A stretch of 64,000 nt of DNA from Octopus sinensis. Its lineage: Eukaryota. Of this stretch, positions 52,701 through 64,000 are shown piece after piece (the first letter of the stretch is position 1; the number at the start of each line of letters is the position of its first letter). Position numbers and translations under genes: made by a program. Where the stretch lies: contig NC_042997.1 in assembly GCF_006345805.1 (NCBI RefSeq), forward strand, positions 136,896,001 to 136,960,000, in the 5' to 3' direction. Under the pieces are notes generated by a model that searched no databases, was not told the DNA's origin, and was given only the letters and a program-made list of their open reading frames with translations.

Positions 52701-53282
52701 GAAATTCTCGTTGGTACGACCCCATTTTTGCCTATTCATTTATTATATACATAGTAAGAATGTACGTTTATATTTTCTTAACGTCTTTTGCTTTATTTTC
52801 TTAACACATATATTTTAGTATCAATTTATGATTGTAAAAATATCGTACTTTACTGTTGCGTACTAGTGTTTACTCATCTCATTACTGTTTGATTTCTATT
52901 TAACTATATTATTACTCTATAAAATTGTGTTCCCTTTCAGCATTGTGAAATTATTATTGAGTTGTTTGTTGGTAATATGTTGAGCACAGTTTTGCTTGTG
53001 TGTTTTTGTTGTTTTTCTGTTTGCTTTTCTTGCAGTGAAAAAAGCTGAAGCTAGCAAAGTAGTTCTTTGATATAAAATTACCTGTATTGTTGTTTGCAAC
53101 ATGCTTTATATATTTGACACACAATCTGTAGGTGAAAGAAACAGATAGTTGGACTTGAAAGGACAGAAGCAATGAAATTCTGGCCGGTACAACCGCATTT
53201 TTGCCTATTCATTTGCTATATACACAGGAAGAATGTTCGTCTTTATTTTCTTAAAACCTTTTCCTTTATTTTCTTTACACAT

Positions 53283-56200
53283 ATATTTTAGTATCAATTT
53301 ATGATCGTAAAAAGTATTGTAATTTACTGTTGCGTACTAGTGTTTACTCATCTCATTACTATTTGATTGCTTGTCAACTATATTGTTACTTTATAAAATT
53401 GTGTTCCCTTTCAGCATTGTGAAATTATTATTGAGTTGTTTGTTGGTTATTTGTTGAGCACAGTTTTGTTTGTGTGTTTATGTTGTTTTTCTGTTTGCTT
53501 TCCTTGCAGTGAAAAAAGCTTAAGCTAGCAAAGTACAGTAAGTTAGCAGTTTAGTTCTTTGATGTAAGATGACCTGCATTGTTTAGTTCTTTGATATAAA
53601 ATGACCTGTATTTTTGTTTGCAACATGCTTTCTATATTTGACACACAATCTGTAGGTAAAAGAAATTGATAGTTGAACTTGAAGAGACAGAAGCAATAAA
53701 ATTCTGGCTTGTACGACTGCATTTTTGCCTATTCATTTGATATGAACATAGAAAGAATGTTCCCCTTTATTTCTTAACACATTTTGCTTTATTCTGAACA
53801 CGTATATTTGAGTATCAATTTATGATCATAAAAAGTATTGTAAGTTACTGTTGCGTACTAGTGTTTACGCATCTCATTACTATTTGATTGCTAGTTAACT
53901 ATGTTATTACTTTATAAAATTGTGTTCCCTTTCAGTGTAGTGAAATTATTATTGAGTTGTTTGTTGGTAATTTGATGAGTACAGTGTTGCCTGTTTGTTT
54001 CTGTTGTTTTTCTGTTTGCTTTCTTTGCAGTGAAAAAAGCTTAAGTAAGCAGTTTAGTTCTTTATATAAAATGACCTGAATTGTTGTTTGCAACATGCTT
54101 CATGTATTTGACACACAATCTGTAGGTAAAAGAAACAGATAGTTTTCTTGAGGAGACAGAAGCAATGAAATTCTGGCTGGTAGGACCGCATTTTTGCATA
54201 TTCACTAACATTCAAAGCCACTTTAATATGTATTGACAGAAGCAAGTATTACATGAAAGCAAAAGACAATTTTTTTCTTAAACAAAAGTGGTATTGTTTA
54301 ACAGTTTTCGCATTAGCATGTTTCTCAGTTTCCATCTTTGCCAGATACAAAATGATGACATGAAGAATCCTAGATAGTGTCATTCAGATAAGAAAACTTT
54401 ATTGTATTCAGCTGAAAGTAATAGCGTGTATGTTTTCTGAGTATTTTATTCACTGACAGACGTGCTGAATGCTGGAAGAAAATTGAGTATGTAAGGAATC
54501 AACTTTTTTGTCTTTGCCCCAATTCCTGTCTATGGCTAACATCTCAAGACTTTTCTTGTGTTTAATTTCCTGTGCAACTGATTTTATGCAGATTGTTGTT
54601 TTCTTCTTTCACTGTGGCATTTTTGAATCTTGATATGAACATAGTAAGAATTTTCCCCTATCGTAACAATTGAAATTAATAATTGCAGTTGTGTTTGTTA
54701 CTTAAAAAAATGTTTACTTGCAATGTAGGGAAACTAAATCGGAAATAGTATAGTAGCTTTTTGAGTAATGTTATGGGCAGTGTTTTGGAAAATGTGCTTT
54801 GTTCGTTTCTCACCAGATATTCAGATAATGAAATTGGAAAGTGTCTTGATACATGTGTAAAATTGAAGATAGCAGCTATGCGATTTACGAGGTAGGTCAT
54901 TGTTTCCGCATATGATGGTAAAGAGAATAACATTTTAGCATGTCTGTGTAGAGGTCAACTGTGAATGTAAGAATTGTTTCTTGTGTGTAGAAACTACGTA
55001 CTTTTACTGTGCATGCATATGTTTGTATGTTTCTGTCATTGGCAGATGTGATGACATGAAGAGGATTGGATAAGACAACAGCACTAAGATAAGCCTTATT
55101 ACTTCAATTCTGTTTAGTGGTTTTTCTGTAGATATTTGGATGAAGATTATGCTAAATGTAATGTTTAAATTTGATTATTTGGTAAGCATGGAAAATGCTG
55201 GAGATAAGTAATTGCATAGAGAGTTGATGATATTTTGTGTTGGTTGCAAACATTTCTCTTCGTAGGTTTTGGAATTATTGAAAAATGCTCTGTAAGTGCT
55301 TACAGTTACCTACCGTATTACTGTAATGTTAAATTTTAAAAGATTGATTGGATAAATTTAAGGCCGAACTGTTTGTTTTTTTATGCATGTTATTCTTTGA
55401 CAGATGCAAAAGCTCTACAGGAAAAGTAGGACTTCCAATAAGATAAGAGAAAAGTTTGTTTGTAGTTATATAACTTTGTTTCATCTGTGTGTTGTATGTA
55501 TGAAAAACGCTGCACGTTGTAAGAGGGTCAAGAGTTTGAGTGTTCTCTGAATAAGTGGTACGTTTTGTTTTCTTTTTATGATGCTTCATTTTCTTAACAC
55601 ATATTTTAGTATCAATTTATGATCGAAAAAAAGTATTGTAATTTTCTGTTGTGTACTAAGGTTTACTTATCTCATTACTATTTGATTTCTTGTTAGCTAT
55701 GTTATTACTTTATAAAATTGTGTTCCCTTTCAGCATTGTGAAATTATTATTGAGTTGTTTGTTGGTAATTTGTTGAGCACAGTTTTGTTTGTGTGTTTCT
55801 GTTGTTGTTCTTCTGTTCGCTTTCCTTGCAGTGAAAAAAGCTAAAGCTAGTAAAAAGTACAGTAAGTAAGCAGTTTAGTTTTTTGATGGAAGATGACCTG
55901 TATTTTTGTTTGCAACATGCTTTCTATATTTGACACACAATCTGTAGGTAAAAGAAATTGATAGTTGAACTTGAAGAGACAGAAGCAATAAAATTCTGGC
56001 TTGTACGACTGCATTTTTGCCTATTCATTTGATATGAACATAGAAAGAATGTTCCCCTTTATTTTCTTAACACATTTTGCTTTATTTTCTGAACACGTAT
56101 ATTTGAGTATCAATTTATGATCATAAAAAGTATTGTAAGTTACTGTTGCGTACTAGTGTTTACGCATCTCATTACTATTTGATTGCTAGTTAACTATGTT

Positions 56201-59200
56201 ATTACTTTATAAAATTGTGTTCCCTTTCAGTGTAGTGAAATTATTATTGAGTTGTTTGTTGGTAATTTGATGAGTACAGTGTTGCCTGTTTGTTTCTGTT
56301 GTTTTTCTGTTTGCTTTCTTGCAGTGAAAAAAGCTTAAGTAAGCAGTTTAGTTCTTATATAAAATGACCTGAATTGTTGTTTGCAACATGCTTCATGTAT
56401 TTGACACACAATCTGTAGGTAAAAGAAACAGATAGTTTTCTTGAGGAGACAGAAGCAATGAAATTCTGGCTGGTAGGACCGCATTTTTGCATATTCACTA
56501 ACATTCAAAGCCACTTTAATATGTATTGACAGAAGCAAGTATTACATGAAAGCAAAAGACAATTTTTTTCTTAAACAAAAGTGGTATTGTTTAACAGTTT
56601 TCGCATTAGCATGTTTCTCAGTTTCCATCTTTGCCAGATACAAAATGATGACATGAAGAATCCTAGATAGTGTCATTCAGATAAGAAAACTTTATTGTAT
56701 TCAGCTGAAAGTAATAGCGTGTGTATGTTTCTGAGTATTTTATTCACTGACAGACGTGCTGAATGCTGGAAGAAAATTGAGTATGTAAGGAATCAACTCT
56801 TTTTGTCTTTGCCCCAATTCCTGTCTATGGCTAACATCTCAAGACTTTTCTTGTGTTTAATTTCCCTGTGCAACTGATTTTATGCAGATTGTTGTTTTTC
56901 TTCTTTCACTGTGGCATTTTTGAATCTTGATATGAACATAGTAAGAATTTTCCCCTGTCGTAACTATTGAAATTAATAATTGCAGTTGTGTTTGGCTACT
57001 TTAAAAAATGTTTACTTGCAATGTAGGGAAACTAAATCGGAAATAGTATAGTAGCTTTTTGAGTAATGTTATGGGCAGTGTTTTGGAAAATGTGCTTTGT
57101 TCGTTTCTCACCAGATATTCAGATAATGAAATTGGAAAGTGTCTTGATACATGTGTAAAATTGAAGATAGCAGCTATGCGATTTACGAGGTAGGTCATTG
57201 TTTCCGCATATGATGGTAAAGAGAATAACATTTTAGCATGTCTGTGTAGAGGTCAACTGTGAATGTAAGAATTGTTTCTTGTGTGTAGAAACTACGTACT
57301 TTTACTGTGCATGCATATGTTTGTATGTTTCTGTCATTGGCAGATGTGATGACATAGAGGATTGGATAAGACAACAGCACTAAGATAAGCCTTATTACTT
57401 CAATTCTGTTTAGTGGTTTTTCTGTAGATATTTGGATGAAGATTATGCTAAATGTAATGTTTAAATTTGATTATTTGGTAAGCATGGAAAATGCTGGAGA
57501 TAAGTAATTGCATAGAGAGTTGATGATATTTTGTGTTGGTTGCAAACATTTCTCTTCGTAGGTTTGGAATTATTGAAAAATGCTCTGTAAGTGCTTACAG
57601 TTACCTACCGTATTACTGTAATGTTAAATTTTAAAAGATTGATTGGATAAATTTAAGGCCGAACTGTTTGTTTTTTTATGCATGTTATTCTTTGACAGAT
57701 GCAAAAGCTCTACAGGAAAAGTAGGACTTCCAATAAGATAAGAGAAAAGTTTGTTTGTAGTTATATAACTTTATGTTTCATCTGTGTGTTGTATGTATGA
57801 AAAACGCTGCACGTTGTAAGAGGGTCAAGAGTTTGAGTGTTCTCTGAATAAGTGGTACGTTTTGTTTTCTTTTTATGATGCTTCATTTTCTTAACACATA
57901 TTTTAGTATCAATTTATGATCGAAAAAAAGTATTGTAATTTTCTGTTGTGTACTAAGGTTTACTTATCTCATTACTATTTGATTTCTTGTTAGCTATGTT
58001 ATTACTTTATAAAATTGTGTTCCCTTTCAGCATTGTGAAATTATTATTGAGTTGTTTGTTGGTAATTTGTTGAGCACAGTTTTGTTTGTGTGTTTCTGTT
58101 GTTGTTCTTCTGTTCGCTTTCCTTGCAGTGAAAAAAGCTAAAGCTAGTAAAAAGTACAGTAAGTAAGCAGTTTAGTTTTTTGATGGAAGATGACCTGTAT
58201 TTTTGTTTGCAACATGCTTTCTATATTTGACACACAATCTGTAGGTAAAAGAAATTGATAGTTGAACTTGAAGAGACAGAAGCAATAAAATTCTGGCTTG
58301 TACGACTGCATTTTTGCCTATTCATTTGATATGAACATAGAAAGAATGTTCCCCTTTATTTTCTTAACACATTTTGCTTTATTTTCTGAACACGTATATT
58401 TGAGTATCAATTTATGATCATAAAAAGTATTGTAAGTTACTGTTGCGTACTAGTGTTTACGCATCTCATTACTATTTGATTGCTAGTTAACTATGTTATT
58501 ACTTTATAAAATTGTGTTCCCTTTCAGTGTAGTGAAATTATTATTGAGTTGTTTGTTGGTAATTTGATGAGTACAGTGTTGCCTGTTTGTTTCTGTTGTT
58601 TTTCTGTTTGCTTTCTTTGCAGTGAAAAAAGCTTAAGTAAGCAGTTTAGTTCTTTATATAAAATGACCTGAATTGTTGTTTGCAACATGCTTCATGTATT
58701 TGACACACAATCTGTAGGTAAAAGAAACAGATAGTTTTCTTGAGGAGACAGAAGCAATGAAATTCTGGCTGGTAGGACCGCATTTTTGCATATTCACTAA
58801 CATTCAAAGCCACTTTAATATGTATTGACAGAAGCAAGTATTACATGAAAGCAAAAGACAATTTTTTTCTTAAACAAAAGTGGTATTGTTTAACAGTTTT
58901 CGCATTAGCATGTTTCTCAGTTTCCATCTTTGCCAGATACAAAATGATGACATGAAGAATCCTAGATAGTGTCATTCAGATAAGAAAACTTATTGTATTC
59001 AGCTGAAAGTAATAGCGTGTGTATGTTTCTGAGTATTTATTCACTGACAGACGTGCTGAATGCTGGAAGAAAATTGAGTATGTAAGGAATCAATTTTTGT
59101 CTTTGCCCCAATTCCTGTCTATGGCTAACATCTCAAGACTTTTCTTGTGTTTAATTTCCCTGTGCAACTGATTTTATGCAGATTGTTGTTTTTCTTCTTT

Positions 59201-60107
59201 CACTGTGGCATTTTTGAATTTTGATGTGAACATAGTAAGAATTATCCCCTGTCGTAACTATTGAAATTAATAATTGTAGTTGTTTCGCTACTTTAAAATG
59301 TTTACTTGCAATGTAGGGAAACTAAATCGGAAATAGTATAGTAGCTTTTTGAGTAACGTTATGGGCAGTGTTTTGGAAAATGTGCTTTGTTCGTTTCTCA
59401 CCAGATATTCAGATGATGAATTTGGAAAGCGTCTCAATACGTGTGTAAGATTGAAGATAGAAGGTATGCGATTTACGAGGTAGGTCATTGTTTCAGCACA
59501 GGAGGGTAAAGAGAATAACATTTTAGCATGTCTGTGTAGGGGGTCGACTGTGAATGTAAGAATTGTTTCTTGTGTGTAGAAACGATGTACTCTTACTGTG
59601 CATGCATATGTGTATGTTTCTGTCATTGGCAGATGTGATGACATGAAGAGGACTGGATAAGACAACAGCACTAAGATAAGCCTTATTACTTCAATTCTGT
59701 TTAGTGGTTTTTCTGTAGATATTTGGAGGAAGATTATGCTAAATGTAATGTTTAAATTTGATTATTTGGTAAGCATGGAAAATGCTGGAGATAAGTAATT
59801 GCATAGAGAGTTGATGATATTTTGTGTTGGTTGCAAACTTTTCTCTTCGTAGGTTTTGGAATTGTTGAAAAATGCTCTGAAAGTGCTTTCAGTTACCTAC
59901 CTTATTACTGTAATATTAAATTTTAAAAGATTGATTGGATAAATTTAGTGCCGAACCGTTTGTTTTTTTATGCATGTTATCTTTGACAGATGCAAAAGCC
60001 CTTCAGGAAAAGTAGGACTTCAAATAAGATAAGAGAAAGGTTTGTTTGTAGTTTATATCACTTTATGTTTCATCTGTGTGTTGTATGTATGAAAAACGCT
60101 GCATATT
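53283..60107 (+). repeat. Three tandem copies of a ~2.3 kb segment (starts ~53283, ~55601, ~57898)
   Basis: Anchor TAGGACCGCATTTTTGCATATTCAC at 54181, 56474 and 58773; each copy has two array-type subunits plus the unique cassette portion. Confidence 0.95.
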
Positions 60108-60111
60108 TTAA

Positions 60112-61196
60112 CCCTTTCGTTACTATATTTCTGACCAAAATACACCCCTTATGTTTTTCAATTAATTTCTAACATAATCATAAATTTAGTCTGGTTTCAT
60201 TAAACAACTATAACTTTTTTATTTATCAATATATTAACATGAATTTTGGAAGATAATTTAATGAAATGTTCTCAACCAATTCTATACTATAATTTTTGTC
60301 ACAAAGTGACTCTAATTGCAGGTAGATACAGGTAAATTCAACAAAATATAAAATTATTAAAATTTTGTTGAAACATCGCTATAGAAAATGGGTTATTAGC
60401 TAATATTCAATTGGGTATACAACAAAATTTTACGATAGAATTTGTTATTCTGGGTAGCTTTCTGTTACTCATAATAATATTTATGGCAAAATAGTCTTAA
60501 TTTCATTTAAGGTTATGGGAAACCACCATCTATCCTTTCTTTCGCTTTGTTTACATTTAGCGTAGTGGTTCATTTCCCCCGTAATGATTTCAAATAGGCT
60601 CATTCGAAAAAGTAAGAAGAAATAGTCTAAGGCTTTACTCTTCTGGGAAAGTCTGTGGCTTGGTCCAGTTTCTTCAGAAAAATCACCGAAAGAAACAGTT
60701 TTTAAATTTTTACTCCATTCAGGTGCCAATTCATTTTCTTTATCGCTGTCGGAGCTCTCGGATTCACTGTTTTCACTTTCGGAAAATGAAACAGATTCAT
60801 TATCAAATACCACATGCTTTTTTTTTTTCAGTCATAGAGTTAGATTTATGAAGGTCTTCAGTAGAAAATCCTTCGAATTCTGACTCGCTGCTTGAGATAA
60901 TGAAATTCGTATCCATCTTTTGTCAGAATTACAAATTTTGAAAACACAATAGGAACAAATTTCGGGAAAAAAATCTCCCAAAATTCACGGAATTAAAATT
61001 ACACTTCGATTGTTGTACAAAACTGTATTTGAACTGTTTACGAAGTATAATACGTGTTTTCACGAATGTACTAAAGAGATTTGCTCTGATATTCTCATTT
61101 AAATATGAATAGGTAAATACGGGCGGGTTTGGGCAGTTTGGTCACATTAACCAAAATTTTTTTCGGGCGGCTTTGGGCGGTTTGGTAACGAAAGGG
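60112..61196 (-). mobile_element. piggyBac-family deletion derivative, 1085 bp
   Basis: TTAA at 60108-60111 and 61197-61200; 12 bp perfect TIR CCCTTTCGTTAC/GTAACGAAAGGG; internal transposase N-terminal remnant. Confidence 0.93.
60481..60813 (-). pseudogene. Truncated piggyBac (PGBD-type) transposase N-terminus
   Basis: Acidic S/E/D-rich N-terminus followed by F..ETGP...LDYFFLLF...LFEII..EMNHYA...W...TLNEIK, typical of the start of the piggyBac DDE_Tnp_1_7 region; it ends before the catalytic residues. Confidence 0.85.
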
Positions 61197-61200
61197 TTAA

Positions 61201-62660
61201 GAGGGTCAAGAATTTGGAAAATGTGCTTTGTTCGTTTTTCACCAGATACTCAGATGATGAAATTGGAAAGCTTCTCGATTTGTTTGTAAGATTAAAGATA
61301 GCAGCTATGCAGTTTACGCGGTAGGTCATTATTTCAGCACATGAAGTTTAAGAAAATATGATTTGATCTTGTGTTTGTAGAGCGAAACTGTGAGCATAAG
61401 TGCTAAATTGTTTCTCGTTTGTAAAATCAACTTACTATAACTGTGTGTGCACATGCTTACCTACCTTATTACTTTAATGTTAGGTTTTAAAAGATTGATT
61501 GGATAAATTTAGGGCCGAACCGTTTGTTTTTTGTTCATTATTGTTTGACAGATGCAAAAGCTGTCCAGGAAAGTAGGACTTCCAATAAGATAAGAGAAAA
61601 GTTTGTTTGTCTTTAATATCCATTTTTGTTTCATCTGTGTATGGTATGTATGAAAAATGCTGCGAGTTGTAATTTGGACATTAATTTGAGTGATCTCTGA
61701 ATTAGTGGTACGTTCCGTTTGCTTTTATGATGCAATATTTTCTTAACCCATGTATTTTCATATTACAATTTATGTATGAAAAAAATATTGCAATTTGTTG
61801 TGGCTTCCTAGTATTTACTCATCTCATTACCATGTGATTGCTAGTTCACTATATTATTACTTTTGTATTAAAACAATTAGAAATTAAAACAAATAGTAAT
61901 TAGTAATTAAAACAAATAGTAATTGAATGCAAAAGGCTCTTTTCTTCAGGAAAAAAGTATTGCTGAGCAATTTTACTTTTAGCATGGTTGTCAGTTTCCG
62001 TCTTTGACAGATACAACAATGATGTGTTAAATCCTAGAATGTTCTATTGAGACATGAGAACTTCATGGCATTTAGCTGAAAGTAATAACTCTTATATGTG
62101 TGTCTATGCCTTTGTATTTTATTCATTGGCAGATGTGTTGGATAACAGATGAAAATTCAATGAATTAGCTATCAGCTCTTTTTGTTTTCCCTGTTTGTCT
62201 TTCCTCAACATCCAAAGACTTGTATTTACCTACACAACTGATTTAACAGTGACTGTTTTACCCCTTCAGCTGTGTCATTTTGCAGTTTGGATATGAACAG
62301 AGTAAGCATGTTTCATTGTTATAACTATTGAAATTAGTAATGTTTACTTGCAATGTAGGATAGTAAAAGGAAAATGGTATAGTGGCTTTTTGTGTAAACG
62401 TTGTTGTCAGTATTCTGGAAAATGTGCTTTATTTGTTTCTCACCAGATATTTAGATGATGAAATTGGAAAGTGTCTTGGTACATGTCACAGATTGAAGAT
62501 AGGTAGGTTATTGCTTTCGCATATTAAGGTAAAGAAAATATCAGTTGATAGATGCAAAAGCCCTCCAGGAAAAGTACGACCGCCAGTAAAATTAAAGAAA
62601 AACTTTGTTTACAGTTAATGTCCATTTCTTTTTCACCTGTGTATTGTATGCTTGGAAATA
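61201..62660 (+). repeat. Diverged, internally deleted copies of the cassette after the piggyBac element
   Basis: Contains 75 nt (61246-61320), 21 nt (61552-61572), stem-loop-like (~61760-61850), ATGATGT..CTGA (62019-62079), truncated 56 nt (62447-62502) and 22 nt (62552-62573) homologues. Confidence 0.8.
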
Positions 62661-62889
62661 TAACTATTATAAAGATAACTTTAAATTTCACATGTACAGA
62701 TTTTGTATGTTCTAATTTGCCTGTGTGAAGGTTTCATCTCCTTTTTTTTTTTGTCCCTTGTAGTATTTATTTTTGCTTTGAGATGAAGATAGATTTTGTT
62801 ATGAAATTTTACTGTTCGGTTCATGCCTGTTATTGGTAATATTTTACATTGCCTATTCTGCCTTGGTTGCGTAAATACTCTGTTCACAG

Positions 62890-62986
62890 AAAAAAACCTG
62901 ACGGAAATGTATGAGGATGTTGAAGACTGTTAATATTGTCATGGAGTTACATTCAGTGAATTAGTGATTGGAGACTAATTCTGTTG
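62890..62986 (+). other. Candidate 97 nt exon downstream of the repeat complex
   Basis: Acceptor actctgttcaCAG, strong donor TTG|GTAAGT; contains an in-frame stop (KNLTEMYEDVEDC*). Confidence 0.35.
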
Positions 62987-64000
62987 GTAAGTCTGGATTT
63001 TATGTATTCAGTGTATGTGAATCTCTCTACCCTTGAAGCACTTTTTCCTTTCTCCCTTTTTAGTGTTAAATATTTTGAGCAAAATTTAGCTTCATGCTGT
63101 GGAATATCAAATGTTTGATCTCATTAGAAAAAAAATCCCAAAGAAAATGCTGTTGTGGATACATAAGCTTCGAAAATTAGGGCTTTTGGTTTCATTAACA
63201 AAGTATTTAGAAATGATTTTCTTATGAGGCTTCCTCATTAAATAAAGTTGCAAGAGGTTTGAGTTTTGCATTATCTTTTGTCTAGGATGAATATAACAAA
63301 TATGTACAGCAATACAAATAACCAAAGAAATCAAGCTTTGAAAAGAGCCCTCCATAAATTATGTCTCTGAAAGAATAAAGAAATCTTTACAAGAAAGGAA
63401 AGGTGTTTTGAGAGTAAGAGTTACTTTGTTGTTAATCAAACTGTTTAAATATTTTTTAGGTGTATTAAATATTTTGTACTCATTTTCTCTCTTCTGATGA
63501 ATTTTTTATAAGATTTTATATACATATAATAATGTATGTGTGAAAACACCACCATGTGTGTATAAATTTTGTGCTGGTGTGTGACATGATTTGGGTGTTG
63601 GTTTGTGTGTTCAATTCTTTTATTATGTGGTGTGTTGTCTGTAAGCAACACTTCAAGGATTGACACATTTCATACTACCTTTGTCCACTCAGCAGAACAT
63701 GAGGATCAGCAAATAGCAGATATGCCTCTGTTTAGTGGGTATAGTTTGTTACTCATCTGCAGATTAATTTTTTGTATTAAAAATTATATTTACTACTTAA
63801 TGTCAACTTTAGAATACTGAAGATTAGCAAGAAATACATATTTCCTGTTAGATTTTACTAATATTTTTGAAAGTATTTAAAAAAAAATTTATTTTCTATT
63901 TGTAACAACTCCTTTTTCTAGGTAGGTTGAACAATTGTTTAAAAGTTGCCCTGTACTGATGTGATCAATCACTTGAAGTTAATTATGATTTTGCAGCAAT

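Larger units (their letters stand above)
12470..54210 (+). repeat. ~41.7 kb tandem array of ~91 units (~495 bp; ~273 and ~430 bp variants) with higher-order structure
   Basis: Manual count of the CTTGCAGT..AAAAAGCTTAAGCTAGC anchor; spacings of ~495, ~273 and ~430 bp; near-identical short ORFs recur in the track at offsets 1452, 1744-1758, 5341 and 9150-9158. Confidence 0.97.

Noticed and set aside
12470-54210. CRISPR-like or prokaryotic repeat array
   Set aside because: Units are ~495 bp with no unique spacers, no cas genes are present, and the context is eukaryotic.
12720-59671. Dozens of 60-127 aa ORFs in the track (MNRQKCG..., MLFNYI..., MLLSIHIK..., MLFSLPSY...)
   Set aside because: They are recurring translations of the repeat units, Cys/Phe/Leu-biased, frameshifted between copies and without a recognisable domain; not credible genes.
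1-64000. tRNA or rRNA genes
   Set aside because: No cloverleaf/A-B box pattern or extended rRNA-like sequence was seen.

Overview
AT-rich eukaryotic (animal-like, probably invertebrate) genomic DNA with no intact long protein-coding ORF; the organism cannot be identified from sequence alone. 1-11 kb is intron-like sequence with palindromic/foldback elements, an internally deleted mariner (7604-8104) and scattered + strand exon-like segments. About 12.5-54.2 kb is a ~41.7 kb tandem array of ~91 units (manual count; mostly ~495 bp, with ~273 and ~430 bp deletion variants) arranged in higher-order repeats (~1.45, ~1.75, ~5.35 and ~9.15 kb). The array is an expansion of one sub-module of a larger ~2.3 kb cassette, which survives as a diverged copy at ~11.05-12.5 kb, three young copies at ~53.3-60.1 kb and diverged partial copies at 61.2-62.65 kb. 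A 1085 bp TTAA-flanked piggyBac deletion derivative sits at 60112-61196. Each array unit looks like a + strand splicing cassette (polypyrimidine tract, TTGCAG acceptor, 24/29/33 nt microexon, three tandem GT donors). Its putative intron carries a hairpin-ANANNA-hairpin-ACA fold resembling an H/ACA RNA and a second ~85 nt hairpin. Lead hypothesis (inference): an amplified exon-intron host array for intron-encoded small RNAs, analogous in layout to C19MC or SNORD115/116. The alternative is a satellite derived from a decayed multi-exon gene. All RNA structures were folded by eye and need computational and expression tests.
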